The notes: generated from the letters alone by a model not told the origin. DNA of 64,000 nucleotides from Solirubrobacteraceae bacterium (GCA_051306365.1 JBPPNC010000105.1:27340-91339); one strand, 5' to 3'. Counted from the first letter of the stretch, positions 43,991 through 53,706 are shown. Program-made: numbers and translations.

Positions 43991-45957
43991 TGCACCGCCG
44001 CTGCGCCGATGAGCTCCTCGTCGGGCAGGGGCAGGTGCGGGGGCGCGAGGATGAACGGCTCGGTCTGCTCGCCGCCGAGCCCGCCGTGGAAGCTGATGAG
44101 CTCCTCGAAGGCGCAGCCCTCGTGCAGCAGCGGGTCGTAGAAGCTGCCGACCATGATGTCGGCGACGTGCTCGAAGCCGTCGGTGCGTAGCAGGTGCTGC
44201 GCGGCGGTGGGGGAGAACGGCGCGAGCGGGTCTTCTCCGATGACGTTCCCGGTCGCCAGCTCGCGCTCGCCATGCGGCCCGAGGACGAGCGGCCCGCGCT
44301 CGGATGACCGCACGAGCAGCCATCCGATGTGCTCATGCTCGCGCAGGGCGGGCAGCAGGCGCGGGTGGCGGTCGTTGAGCTCCTCGAAGGTGAGTCGCCG
44401 CGCTTCCTCCATGAGGTAGATCAGGCCGAGGTTGCCCGACCCCATCACGACGGTGTGCTGGTCGACGGGCACGCCGGCGTCCGAGCGACGGTCGTCCTTG
44501 TCGACCGGCCGGCCCGTCGCCTCGCCCAGCGCGGCCCCCGCGACGGTGTCGATCTCGTCGCCGCCCATGAGGGAGACCATGCCGTCCGTGCTCTCGAGCG
44601 AGCGCTCGACGAGCTCGTCCAGGCCGTAGCCGTTGCGCTGCTTGAAGGTCGCGCCCTGCGTCTGGCCGTGGTCGGACAGCACGACGATCTCGTACGGGCG
44701 CGGCGCGTACGCGCGGGCGGACGCGACCCGGCCGAACTGCTGGTCGAGCTTGCGCAGCGCGTCGAGCGTGTCCGGCCGCTCCAGGCCGGAGTGGTGGGCG
44801 ACCTCGTCGTAGCTGGCGAACGTGGCGTAGACCACGGGGCGCCCGCGCATCATGTCGGTGAGCACGCTGTAGATCACGAGGTCGCGCACGAAGACGCACA
44901 TCACCGCGCGCAGGAACGGATACACGCCGCCGCGATGCCCGCGCGGGCGGATGTCGCGGCGCCGCTGCTGCCCGGCGGCGATGAGTTCGAGGATGACCTC
45001 CCACGTGAACAGCACGACCATCCGCGTGACGTTGAAGCCGTTGGCGAGGAACCCGCGATAGCCCGGGTTGGCCTTCATCTCGTCGCCGAGGCGGCTGATC
45101 GTCAGGATCGCGTCGTCGGCCTCGCCGCTGAGCAGGTTGCCGCGGCTGGCCCCGCCGTTGACGAGCAGCCCGTTGCCGGTTGCGTGGCGGCGCTCGATCT
45201 CCGCGCAGTCCTGCGGGCGCGAGCAGCTCATGATCACGCCGCGGTCCTTCTCGACCCAGCGGAACGCCGGGATGCCCTCGTTGCTGCCGAGCAGGATCCC
45301 CGCCTGGCTGGCGCCGGTCTGCGACGACAGGTCGGTCTCCCACCCGATGAGCCGGTAGCCATCGTCGGCGATCCACTTCGCGAGGTTCGGGGCGTGGCCG
45401 CTGCGCATCGCGCGCTCGAGCACTGGCAGGCCCAGGCCGTCGATCTCCAGGCAGATGAGTCCCGGGGAATCGTCCTTGGACAGCGACCCCTGGCGGCGGG
45501 CGATCCGCCGGACGACGCGCAGCGTGTATTGCTCGTCGTCGTTCGTTCCCAGGATCACCTGGAGGATGAGGTCGATCGCTGCGGCGACGAGCGACACCGC
45601 CATCGCGAGCCCGAAGCTGTCGACCGCGAACGACCCGTCGACGAGGTCGGACGCCAGCCGCAGCGCGAACGCGTCGACGATCAGGACGAGGATGAAGCCG
45701 AGCAGCAGCGTGAGCGGCAGCCGCAGCGCCGCGATGATCGGCGGCAGGATCGCGTTGACGATCGCGATGATCGCGGCGATCGCGAACGCGCCCGGGACGC
45801 CGTCGATCTGGACGTCGGGGACGACCGAGGCCGCGGCGAGCAGCGCGGCGGTGGAGACGATCCACGACAACCCGAGCCGTAACGGCCGCAGGCGCGGGGT
45901 CTCCGGGTGCCATCCGACCGCGCGGGGCACCCGGGGATCTTCGGGGGCGGCGCTCAT
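43957..45957 (-). CDS. fusion of holin-like DUF360 membrane domain + alkaline-phosphatase-superfamily (phosphodiesterase/pyrophosphatase) domain
   Basis: Four N-terminal helices (IVNAILPPIIAALRLPLTLL), then an AP-family core including VVLSDHGQTQG. Confidence 0.8.
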   Translation of the reverse strand: MSAAPEDPRVPRAVGWHPETPRLRPLRLGLSWIVSTAALLAAASVVPDVQIDGVPGAFAIAAIIAIVNAILPPIIAALRLPLTLLLGFILVLIVDAFALRLASDLVDGSFAVDSFGLAMAVSLVAAAIDLILQVILGTNDDEQYTLRVVRRIARRQGSLSKDDSPGLICLEIDGLGLPVLERAMRSGHAPNLAKWIADDGYRLIGWETDLSSQTGASQAGILLGSNEGIPAFRWVEKDRGVIMSCSRPQDCAEIERRHATGNGLLVNGGASRGNLLSGEADDAILTISRLGDEMKANPGYRGFLANGFNVTRMVVLFTWEVILELIAAGQQRRRDIRPRGHRGGVYPFLRAVMCVFVRDLVIYSVLTDMMRGRPVVYATFASYDEVAHHSGLERPDTLDALRKLDQQFGRVASARAYAPRPYEIVVLSDHGQTQGATFKQRNGYGLDELVERSLESTDGMVSLMGGDEIDTVAGAALGEATGRPVDKDDRRSDAGVPVDQHTVVMGSGNLGLIYLMEEARRLTFEELNDRHPRLLPALREHEHIGWLLVRSSERGPLVLGPHGERELATGNVIGEDPLAPFSPTAAQHLLRTDGFEHVADIMVGSFYDPLLHEGCAFEELISFHGGLGGEQTEPFILAPPHLPLPDEELIGAAAVHQVLVSWRPGV

Positions 45958-47372
45958 GCGTGCAGGAGCCGGTCCTTCTCGGCGGCGAGCTCATCGTCGC
46001 TGAGCACGCCCGCGTCACGCAGCTTGGCAAGCCGTTCCAGCTGCGCGATGCGCGCATCGCCGGCGTCGGGCGCCGGCAGCGCGGCGGGCGCGGCCGTCTC
46101 GCCGGAGCCCCCGACCTTGCCGGCCGCGCGCCTGCCCGCATCGGCCGCCGCCGCGCCGCGGCTCCGCAGGGCCGAGAAATCGAACCCGCGGCTCTCGGCG
46201 TCGGGGAACTCCCGCTCGGTCTGGCGGCGCAGCGCGATGACGCCCACGGCGACGAGGACGATGAGCAGCAGGACGAACCACGGCCGCCGCAGTGCCGGGA
46301 TCGGCGCCCATGCGATGAGCAGGACGAGGGCGACCCCGACCCCGATGCCGACCGCTTCCGGGCGCTGCTGCAACGCCGGAGCACTGAATTGCCGCAACGA
46401 GACCGCCGGGCGGGCGGGCCCGGCGAGCCATGCCGCGATCACCACGCCGATGCCGACGATGACGAACTGCCAGCCGAGCGTGGACAGCAGGGTCGTCCCG
46501 ATCTCCCACGCCGCGGCGGCCGCGGGTTGGACGGACGCCGTGGTGGTGAGTGAGTCGACGATGTACTGGCCGGCGATGCCGCGCGCCAGCAGGACGATCG
46601 CACCCGCCGCCACGAGCGCCCAGCCTGCCGCGAGCATCGTCGACCGACGCCGGCCGCGGGCCAGCCACACCGCGAGCATGAGCAGGCCGAGCGCCAGGAA
46701 GGTCAGGAGGTACGAGCCGGTCTTCAGCGCCTCGGCGAGGTTCTGCGCGGTCTTCAGCTCGTCCGAGCGCACGATCTCGATCTCGGCGGCGCTGCCGGGA
46801 ATCCTGGCGAGCACCGAGTTCGGCAGCCCGATCCGCTGGCCGACCTGCGTGAGGATGCTGCGCAGATCGAGCGTGACCGCGCCGTCCGTCGCGGTGACCG
46901 CCCCGGATTGCTCGTCGAGGATGATCGCGACGAACTGCTCGTGGGACGCCCGGTTGGCGTCCGCCCACAGCGTCTGGACCTTCGGGTTCTGCAGTGCGCG
47001 CTTGGAGATGCGGTCAAGCCCCTGGCGGACCGCGGCCGCCGCGGCCGGCGCGAGCGGCTGGAACTCGGGCGGCAGCCGGTCGGACAGCTGCTGGCTGACG
47101 TCCACGTTCGTGTACAGCTCGTCCACCAGGTAGCCGGCGATCTCGTCGTTGATCGCCTTGTTCTCGAGCAGCTCGGTGCTCGTCTCGACCCACTGGTCGG
47201 TGTTCAGCAGTTGCTCACGCGCCCACGTCGCGAAGATCGACAACGTGCCCACGAGGACCGCCACGAGGATGAGTCCGCGCGCCGTGTAGATCCGACCCTT
47301 ACCGGCCGCGGGCTGGGCTGCCGGGGCGGCCTCGTCTTCGAGGTCTTCTGTGCGATCAGATTCGTCACTCAT
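45954..47372 (-). CDS. membrane protein with C-terminal SHOCT domain
   Basis: Has an N-terminal TM helix and a central TM cluster. The C-terminus IAQLERLAKLRDAGVLSDDELAAEKDRLL is a SHOCT motif. 4-nt overlap with the downstream gene. Confidence 0.7.
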   Translation of the reverse strand: MSDESDRTEDLEDEAAPAAQPAAGKGRIYTARGLILVAVLVGTLSIFATWAREQLLNTDQWVETSTELLENKAINDEIAGYLVDELYTNVDVSQQLSDRLPPEFQPLAPAAAAAVRQGLDRISKRALQNPKVQTLWADANRASHEQFVAIILDEQSGAVTATDGAVTLDLRSILTQVGQRIGLPNSVLARIPGSAAEIEIVRSDELKTAQNLAEALKTGSYLLTFLALGLLMLAVWLARGRRRSTMLAAGWALVAAGAIVLLARGIAGQYIVDSLTTTASVQPAAAAAWEIGTTLLSTLGWQFVIVGIGVVIAAWLAGPARPAVSLRQFSAPALQQRPEAVGIGVGVALVLLIAWAPIPALRRPWFVLLLIVLVAVGVIALRRQTEREFPDAESRGFDFSALRSRGAAAADAGRRAAGKVGGSGETAAPAALPAPDAGDARIAQLERLAKLRDAGVLSDDELAAEKDRLLHA

Positions 47373-47375
47373 GCA

Positions 47376-47426
47376 GATGCCGCCTTGCCGGGGGTGCGGG
47401 CCGGGCGCGACCGCGCCGGCGGCATC
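47376..47426 (-). terminator. GC-rich hairpin downstream of the GGDEF gene
   Basis: GATGCCGCC...GGCGGCATC 9-bp outer stem enclosing further G/C pairing. No U-tract. Confidence 0.4.
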
Positions 47427-47448
47427 CTCCCACTTCAGACGGTCACTG

Positions 47449-49836
47449 TCAGGAGACGTCGCGCGATGCGAGCTTGTCGCGGTAGAGCGCCTCGTCGGCG
47501 CGCCGCACCAGGTTCTCGGCCTTCTCGCCGGGATGCCATGTCACGGCGCCGACCGAGCAGCCGGGGTGGTAGCGCAGCGCGGTGCGCAGCCGCCGCGCCA
47601 GCTCGGAGAGGTCATCCTGCCCGCAGTCGGGCAGCAGCACGGCGAACTCGTCGCCGCCGAGGCGGGCCAGCAGGTCGCTGTCGCGGAGCTGCCCGCGCCA
47701 CGCCGCGGCGACCTCGCGCAGCACGCGGTCGCCCGCGTCGTGACCGAGCGTGTCGTTCACCGCCTTGAACGCATTGAGGTCGAGCAGCGCCACGGCCAGC
47801 GGCGCGCCCGAGCGCGCGGCCTCCTCGATCGCCTGCGGGACCTGCGCCTCCCACGCGCGGCGGTTCGGCACGCCGGTGAGTGGATCGTGCTCGGCGAGGT
47901 GACGCAGTCGCCGCTCGAGCCGGTGGCGGTGGCTGATGTCGAGGTAGTGGACGAGGATCATCGGCGGCTCGTCAGGGGTCACCTGCAGGCGCGCGGCGGA
48001 CAGCTGCACCCACATCGCGCGCCCGTCCGAGGCGATGACCCGCCGCTCGGCGCTCCAGCGCTGTACCGTCCCGGCGAGGAGGTCGCCGAGCGCCTGGAGG
48101 TCTTCCGCGGTCTGCTCCGTGTCGGTCATGACGCCGTGGCGCCGGTGCAGGAGCTCCGCGTGGCTGTGGCCCAACAGCTCACAGATCGCGCGGTTGACGC
48201 GGACGTTCCGGCCGTCGGCGTCCATGAGGATCATCCCGATGGGCGCCTCGTCGAAGGCTGCCTCGAACCGGCGCTGCGCGGCGCGCAGCGCGAGCTCGGC
48301 CTCCTGCCGCTCGCTGATGTCCTGGACGATTCCGGCGAAGGTGGAGGCGCGCCCGGTCGCATCGCGCTCGGCGTGCGCACGCAGATGCACATAGGCCACC
48401 ACGCCGCCGCGGTGGCGCAGGCGGAAGTACAGCTCCATCGGGCCGGCGGGCTGGCCCTGGCGCTGCGCCCACGTGCGGGCGATGAACTCCTGGTCGTCAG
48501 GGTGCACGTGCTCGAGAAGCCCGGCGAAGTCCGCGGGCGGGTCGCCGGGGGACCGCCCGAAGATGCGGCACGCCTCGTCGGACCACGTCCAGCTCATGTC
48601 GCTGAGGTCGATGCGGAACGACCCCACCCGCGCCAGGGCCTGTGCCTCGGCGAGGTCCGCGTGTTCGCTGGCGAGGGCACGTTCGGCTTCGCGCTGGGCG
48701 GTGACGTCGATGAACGAGGAGAGGACGTCGCGCCGCGCCGGGTCCGTCTGCCCGGGGATCGGCTCGGCGTTCACCAGCAGCCATCGCGTCGTCCCGTCCG
48801 GCAGCCGGAGGCCGAGCGTGAGATCCGTGTGCGCCACGCCGGTCCGCCGGGTCCGGTGGCCGGGCAGGTCGCGCAGCGGGATCGGCGTGCCTTCGGCATC
48901 GGTCGCCGTCCATCCCTCCGGCAGCGGGTCCTCGCCCGCCAGCTGTGCCGCGGTGAGCCCGAGGATCCGCTGGGCACTCGCGTTGGCCACCCACCGGCCG
49001 TCGGCGTCGAGCAGGGCGACGCCCTCATGGAGGTTGTCGACCATCGCGCGATAGCGGGCCTCGCTGCGCGCGAGCTGGTCGCGGGCCTCGGCCTCGGCAG
49101 TCTCGGCGCGGCGCTGCGCGGACACGTCGGCGATGACGCACGCGATGTCGATGACGCGGCCTCCTGCGCGACGGGGGATCAGGTCCGCCGCGTACACGTG
49201 CCCGGTCTCTTCGACGTCGTAGTCGAAGCGCTGGCGCGACCCGCGCAGCGCGGCCTCCCAGTAGGGGCGCGTGTACTGCCACCGCGGGCCGGCCATCTGC
49301 GCGGCCGTCTGGCCCGTCAGGTCGATCGACTGCTGGAGGATCCGGTCGATGAGCGGTCCCTTGGCCAGCTGGCAGACGAGGTCCTTGTCGAACAGGAGGG
49401 CGGCGGTGTCGGGCATGAGGCTCGCGAGTTCCTCGAGCTCTCTTGCGGCGTCCGTCCGCGTTCGCGCCGCCGTCGCGTGCTGCGCGGCCTGGCCGACGGC
49501 GAGACCGAGCTCGAGGTCCGAGACGGTGGCCGGCACCGCTTGGACGACGCCGATCGGCAGGGGAGCGGGCGGCTCGTCGGCGAGCACCACGATCCCCACG
49601 CTCCCGCCGCCCTCGGGGAGTCGTGTGGCGAACGTTGCCGCGTCCCCGGCTGCGGAGTCGGCGACGACGACATGCCGGCCGCCGGCCAGCAGCGGCAGGG
49701 CGTCCTCGATCGTCGCGGCCTTCTGGACCGAGCGCTGCGTGAGGGGTGTCAGGCGCTGCGCGAGATCCTCACGGAGCAGGGCCGTGGGACTCAGCACCAG
49801 GATGTCGCACGTGACGAACGCCATGAGCATCCCCAA
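47449..49836 (-). CDS. multi-PAS sensor diguanylate cyclase (GGDEF) with an N-terminal receiver-like region
   Basis: C-terminal RLGGDEFAVLL and preceding DPLTGVPNRR. At least three PAS-like repeats. Start is TTG 49836 or ATG 49830/49824. Confidence 0.88.
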   Translation of the reverse strand: MGMLMAFVTCDILVLSPTALLREDLAQRLTPLTQRSVQKAATIEDALPLLAGGRHVVVADSAAGDAATFATRLPEGGGSVGIVVLADEPPAPLPIGVVQAVPATVSDLELGLAVGQAAQHATAARTRTDAARELEELASLMPDTAALLFDKDLVCQLAKGPLIDRILQQSIDLTGQTAAQMAGPRWQYTRPYWEAALRGSRQRFDYDVEETGHVYAADLIPRRAGGRVIDIACVIADVSAQRRAETAEAEARDQLARSEARYRAMVDNLHEGVALLDADGRWVANASAQRILGLTAAQLAGEDPLPEGWTATDAEGTPIPLRDLPGHRTRRTGVAHTDLTLGLRLPDGTTRWLLVNAEPIPGQTDPARRDVLSSFIDVTAQREAERALASEHADLAEAQALARVGSFRIDLSDMSWTWSDEACRIFGRSPGDPPADFAGLLEHVHPDDQEFIARTWAQRQGQPAGPMELYFRLRHRGGVVAYVHLRAHAERDATGRASTFAGIVQDISERQEAELALRAAQRRFEAAFDEAPIGMILMDADGRNVRVNRAICELLGHSHAELLHRRHGVMTDTEQTAEDLQALGDLLAGTVQRWSAERRVIASDGRAMWVQLSAARLQVTPDEPPMILVHYLDISHRHRLERRLRHLAEHDPLTGVPNRRAWEAQVPQAIEEAARSGAPLAVALLDLNAFKAVNDTLGHDAGDRVLREVAAAWRGQLRDSDLLARLGGDEFAVLLPDCGQDDLSELARRLRTALRYHPGCSVGAVTWHPGEKAENLVRRADEALYRDKLASRDVS

Positions 49837-49901
49837 ATGAGGGGATGGAGGTGTGTTCGGCCGCTGGACGGCCTGGCGCGAGTGAGTTGGCGCGTTGGCG
49901 C

Positions 49902-50783
49902 TCAGTCTGGGATGCGGCCGCTCACCACGACGTAGCGCGCGTCGAGCTCGACTCCCGCCGGATCATTGCTCGACGACGCCAGCAACCGGTCGAACGCGGG
50001 CCGCAGTTCCGTCCGCTGCTCGGCGGTGAACGTGCCCGGCGTGAGCGCGGTGAACAGCGCGTCCGGGGTGAGCCCGGCGATCCGGACCGTCCGCGTGCGC
50101 ACCTCGAGCTCCTCGAGGGACGGGCCGAGCCGGTCGCGGATCACCGCGTCCCGTCCCCACGCAGACGGCGACGGGATGCCGTCGGGCAACGGGCGGACGT
50201 GTTCGATGAACTCCGTGAGCCCGCCCGGGACGCCACGCGGGACCCAGGCGGCGACCGCCATCCGGCCGCCTGGCCGGCACACGCGGGCGAGCTGGGCGAC
50301 CGTGCGTCCCGGGTGGGGCGCGAGCGGCGCGCCGAAGGCGGAGAGCACGACGTCGAACTGGTCGTCGGCGTAGGGCAGCGCCTGGAGGTCGGCCTGCTGC
50401 CACGTGACTGCCGGCTCACACCGACCGCGGCCACGGGCGACGGCGGCGGCGGCGAGGTCGCACGCGTCGACCCGCGCACGCCGGGCGCGGCACGCCCGCG
50501 CGACGTTCCCGTCACCCGCGCCCGCGTCGAGGACGCGCTCGCCGCGGGCGACCTCCGTGAGCTCGGCGAGGAGGTCGGCGACAGGCCCGAGCTGGTCCAG
50601 GACCGGCCACGCCATGGACGCCTCGGCGTCGGCGCGGACCCGCGCAGTGGCACCCTCGTAGTCGATCTCCTCCCGGGCGTGGCCCGTCATGCGCAGACCG
50701 AACAGCGCACGGCGCGAGACCCGTGTCTCGTCGGTCCGCCGCGGCGGGGGCGGGGGGCTCGAGTACACGTCGCGGCCGTCCAT
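49902..50783 (-). CDS. class I SAM-dependent methyltransferase
   Basis: VLDAGAGDGNVA motif I and FDVVLSAFG motif. Confidence 0.75.
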   Translation of the reverse strand: MDGRDVYSSPPPPPRRTDETRVSRRALFGLRMTGHAREEIDYEGATARVRADAEASMAWPVLDQLGPVADLLAELTEVARGERVLDAGAGDGNVARACRARRARVDACDLAAAAVARGRGRCEPAVTWQQADLQALPYADDQFDVVLSAFGAPLAPHPGRTVAQLARVCRPGGRMAVAAWVPRGVPGGLTEFIEHVRPLPDGIPSPSAWGRDAVIRDRLGPSLEELEVRTRTVRIAGLTPDALFTALTPGTFTAEQRTELRPAFDRLLASSSNDPAGVELDARYVVVSGRIPD

Positions 50784-50824
50784 CCCCGCCGAGCCTACGC
50801 CGTCGCACCGGATCCCGATTCCCG

Positions 50825-50868
50825 GTCACAGCATCGTCACCGCGCGCCTACAGCCTCGTCACAACCGG
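50825..50868 (+). promoter_or_regulatory. four 11-nt phased direct-repeat units (GTCACAGCATC GTCACCGCGCG CCTACAGCCTC GTCACAACCGG); PHO-box-like
   Basis: GTCAC occurs at 50825, 50836 and 50858 (spacing 11 and 22 nt), with a degenerate unit at 50847. The array ends 60 nt upstream of the PhoX-like start. Confidence 0.35.
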
Positions 50869-50927
50869 AGGGGATGCGGGGCCATAGGACTGCCGTGTCC
50901 AGCATCCAGCACCGGAGGACCGCCCTC

Positions 50928-52334
50928 ATGGCAGTCGATGTCTCACGCAGGAAGTTCGTGCAGGGTTCCGCAGCGGTCGGTGGCGGCCTCGCCATCGGCG
51001 GGCCGATCAGCGCGCTGGCGGCCAACAGCGCGAACGGCAAGCCGGCGCCCGTCACGCCAGGCTACGGCCCGCTGCAGCCGACCCCGGAGCTTGAGACGGG
51101 CATCGAGTTCCTCGCCCTCCCGAAGGGCTTCCAGTACCGGCTCATCAACCAGAGCGGCGACCCGATGCGTGACGGCAACCCGACGCCGGGGATCTTCGAC
51201 GGCATGGGTGCGTTCCGCGGCGCACGTGGGACGACCGTCCTCATCCGCAACCACGAGAACCGCTCGCGGCCGGGTGAGATCACCGTGCCGGTCCCGACGA
51301 GCAAGCGCTACGACCCGGACGTCAACGTGCGCGGCGGCAACACGACGCTCATCGTCGGCCCCGACCGCAAGGTGCAGGAGATCTTCGGCGTCCTCGGCGG
51401 CACGCACACGAACTGCGCGGGCGGCACCACGCCGTGGAACTCGTGGATCACCTGCGAGGAGATCTTCACGTATGGCGCGAACGCGAACGTCCCGACCGGC
51501 GGCGTCCCGCACGGGTACGCCTTCGAGATTCCCGCTGACGCGACGAAGGCGATCACGCCCCAGCCGATCGTCGACGCCGGCCGCTTCGCCCGTGAGGCGG
51601 TCGCCTGGCTGAACGGCGTCCTCTACCAGACGGAGGACCGCGGCGACGCGTGTCTGTACCGGTTCATCCCGGGCCGGCGGCCGAAGGAGTACGGCGATCT
51701 CGCCGACTTCGGCGGGGAGCTCCAGGCGCTGGTGGTGAAGGGGCGGCCGAACTTCGACGCCAACACGGCCAATCCCGGCGAGGTCTTCCAGACCGAGTGG
51801 GTGACGATCGAGGAGCCCAACCCGCTCACCGACACGCTGCGCCAGGAGGCGCAGGCCAAGGGCGCGGCGATCTTCGACCGCACCGAGGGCTGCTGGGCGT
51901 CCCCGCGCAAGCTGTACTTCGACTGCACCACGGGCGGCGAGGCGCAGCTCGGCCAGCTGTGGGAGTACGAGCCCGACGCCCACGGCGGCGGCAAGCTCAA
52001 GCTGATGTACGAGTCCACGAGCAGCGACCAGCTCGAGAACCCGGACAACCTCGTTCTGGTCCCCGGCACGGGCGACGTGTGGCTGCAGGAGGACAGCGCG
52101 GGCGAGCAGTTCATCCGCGGCGTCACACTCGACGGGCGGATCTATGACGTCGCGCGAGGCCTGGAGAGCAGCAGCGAGTTCTGCGGCGGCTGCTTCAGCC
52201 CGAACGGCCAGACGTTCTTCGTCAACCACCAGGGTGACCGCCTGTCGGGCGACCAGACGCCGACGACCCAGCCGACCGAGGACAAGGGCCTGACGTTCGC
52301 CATCTGGGGCCCGTTCAAGAGCCGCAGGGCGTAA
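50928..52334 (+). CDS. Tat-exported DUF839/PhoX-like beta-propeller protein (putative phosphatase)
   Basis: GGAGGA precedes ATG 50928. Twin-arginine SRRKFVQGSA. NCAGGTTPWNSWITCEE is a PhoX-family hallmark. The upstream ORF-track extension looks like an artefact. Confidence 0.75.
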   Translation: MAVDVSRRKFVQGSAAVGGGLAIGGPISALAANSANGKPAPVTPGYGPLQPTPELETGIEFLALPKGFQYRLINQSGDPMRDGNPTPGIFDGMGAFRGARGTTVLIRNHENRSRPGEITVPVPTSKRYDPDVNVRGGNTTLIVGPDRKVQEIFGVLGGTHTNCAGGTTPWNSWITCEEIFTYGANANVPTGGVPHGYAFEIPADATKAITPQPIVDAGRFAREAVAWLNGVLYQTEDRGDACLYRFIPGRRPKEYGDLADFGGELQALVVKGRPNFDANTANPGEVFQTEWVTIEEPNPLTDTLRQEAQAKGAAIFDRTEGCWASPRKLYFDCTTGGEAQLGQLWEYEPDAHGGGKLKLMYESTSSDQLENPDNLVLVPGTGDVWLQEDSAGEQFIRGVTLDGRIYDVARGLESSSEFCGGCFSPNGQTFFVNHQGDRLSGDQTPTTQPTEDKGLTFAIWGPFKSRRA

Positions 52335-52360
52335 CGAGCCCGCCGGGCACGATCCGGGAT

Positions 52361-52389
52361 GATGGGTACGAGAGACGCTCGTACCCATC
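52361..52389 (+). terminator. perfect 12-bp stem / 5-nt loop hairpin between the PhoX-like stop and the ACAD ribosome-binding site
   Basis: GATGGGTACGAG-agacg-CTCGTACCCATC. It ends 3 nt before GGAGG (52393-52397). No U-tract. Confidence 0.5.
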
Positions 52390-52404
52390 CCCGGAGGTCC
52401 CGCC

Positions 52405-53568
52405 ATGTCGTTGAAGCGCACGCTGTTCGAGCCCGAGCACGAGCTCTTCCGCGAGAGCGTCCACGCGTTCGTCGTCAAGGAGGTCCTCCCGCGGCGCGAG
52501 CAGCACCGCGCCGACCGGCTCATCGACCGGGAGACCTGGAAGAAGGCCGGTGACCTCGGATTCCTGGGCCTGGGGGTCCCCGCGCAGTACGGCGGCTCGG
52601 ACATCGACGACTTCCGCTTCAACGCGGTCCTCAACGAGGAGCTCTCGCGGATCGGTGTCGCCTACGGGTCGAGCTTCGGCATCCAGGTCGACATCATCGC
52701 CCCGTACCTGCTGAACCTCACCACCGAGGAGCAGAAGGAGCGCTGGCTGCCCGGGTTCTGCAGCGGCGACATCGTCACCGCGATCGGCATGACCGAGCCC
52801 GAGGCGGGCTCCGATCTCGGCGCGCTGAAGACCACCGCGGTGCGCAACGGCGACGGTTGGATCGTCAACGGCAGCAAGACGTTCATCACCAACGGCGGCA
52901 ACGCCGACCTCATCGTCGTGGCCGCGCGCACGGGCGGCGGGCCGAAGGGGCGCGGCATCACGCTGTTCGGCATCGAGGCCGACATGCCGGGCTTCTCGCG
53001 CGGGCGGGTCCTGGAGAAGGTCGGCCAGCATGAGGCCGACACGGCCGAGCTGTTCTTCGAGGATGTGCACGTCCCCGACGAGTTGGTGATCGGCGACCTC
53101 GACGGCGGCTTCAAGCACATGATGAAGCACCTCGCGCAGGAGCGGATGGGCTCGGCGATCACGAACGTCGCCCACGCGCGCGCGGCGCTCGACATCACGC
53201 TGCAGTACGCCGAGGATCGCAAGGCGTTCGGCCGTCCGATCGGCGCGTTCCAGCACAACCGCTTCCTGCTCGCCGACATGGTCACGCGGCTCGACGTCAC
53301 GCAGGCCTACGTCGATCAGTGCACGGTCGCGCACGCCGCGGGCGAGCTCTCCGCCGTCGACGCCGCGAAGGCGAAATGGTGGAGCAGCGAGGTGCAGGGC
53401 CAGGTCGTCGACGCCTGCGTGCAGCTGCACGGCGGCTACGGCTACATGGAGGAGTACGAGGTCGCGCACGCGTGGATGGACGCGCGAGTGACCCGGATCT
53501 GGGCCGGCTCGAACGAGATCATGAAGGAGATCATCGGGCGGGACCTGGGCTTCGGCGACCCGCGATAG
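52405..53568 (+). CDS. acyl-CoA dehydrogenase
   Basis: MTEPEAGSDL and full ACAD architecture. C-terminal IWAGSNEIM. Confidence 0.92.
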   Translation: MSLKRTLFEPEHELFRESVHAFVVKEVLPRREQHRADRLIDRETWKKAGDLGFLGLGVPAQYGGSDIDDFRFNAVLNEELSRIGVAYGSSFGIQVDIIAPYLLNLTTEEQKERWLPGFCSGDIVTAIGMTEPEAGSDLGALKTTAVRNGDGWIVNGSKTFITNGGNADLIVVAARTGGGPKGRGITLFGIEADMPGFSRGRVLEKVGQHEADTAELFFEDVHVPDELVIGDLDGGFKHMMKHLAQERMGSAITNVAHARAALDITLQYAEDRKAFGRPIGAFQHNRFLLADMVTRLDVTQAYVDQCTVAHAAGELSAVDAAKAKWWSSEVQGQVVDACVQLHGGYGYMEEYEVAHAWMDARVTRIWAGSNEIMKEIIGRDLGFGDPR

Positions 53569-53706
53569 CCCGGGCACGATCCGGCGGCGGTGGGCGTCCC
53601 TTTGGAACTGTGGGGTTCACGTTGGGGGACCCCCTGATGACACCGGTGCACCGACAAGTCACGGTGTGCAGTGCAGAGGAACGCCAAGGCCACAAAGGAG
53701 CCCACC

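Noticed and set aside
52342-53584. 14-nt direct repeat CGGGCACGATCCGG on both sides of ACAD gene 52405-53568, considered as possible insertion or recombination scars.
   Set aside because: By rough estimate, chance 14-mer matches are expected many times in 64 kb of this GC content. No other mobile-element signature is present (no inverted repeats, integrase or target duplication logic).
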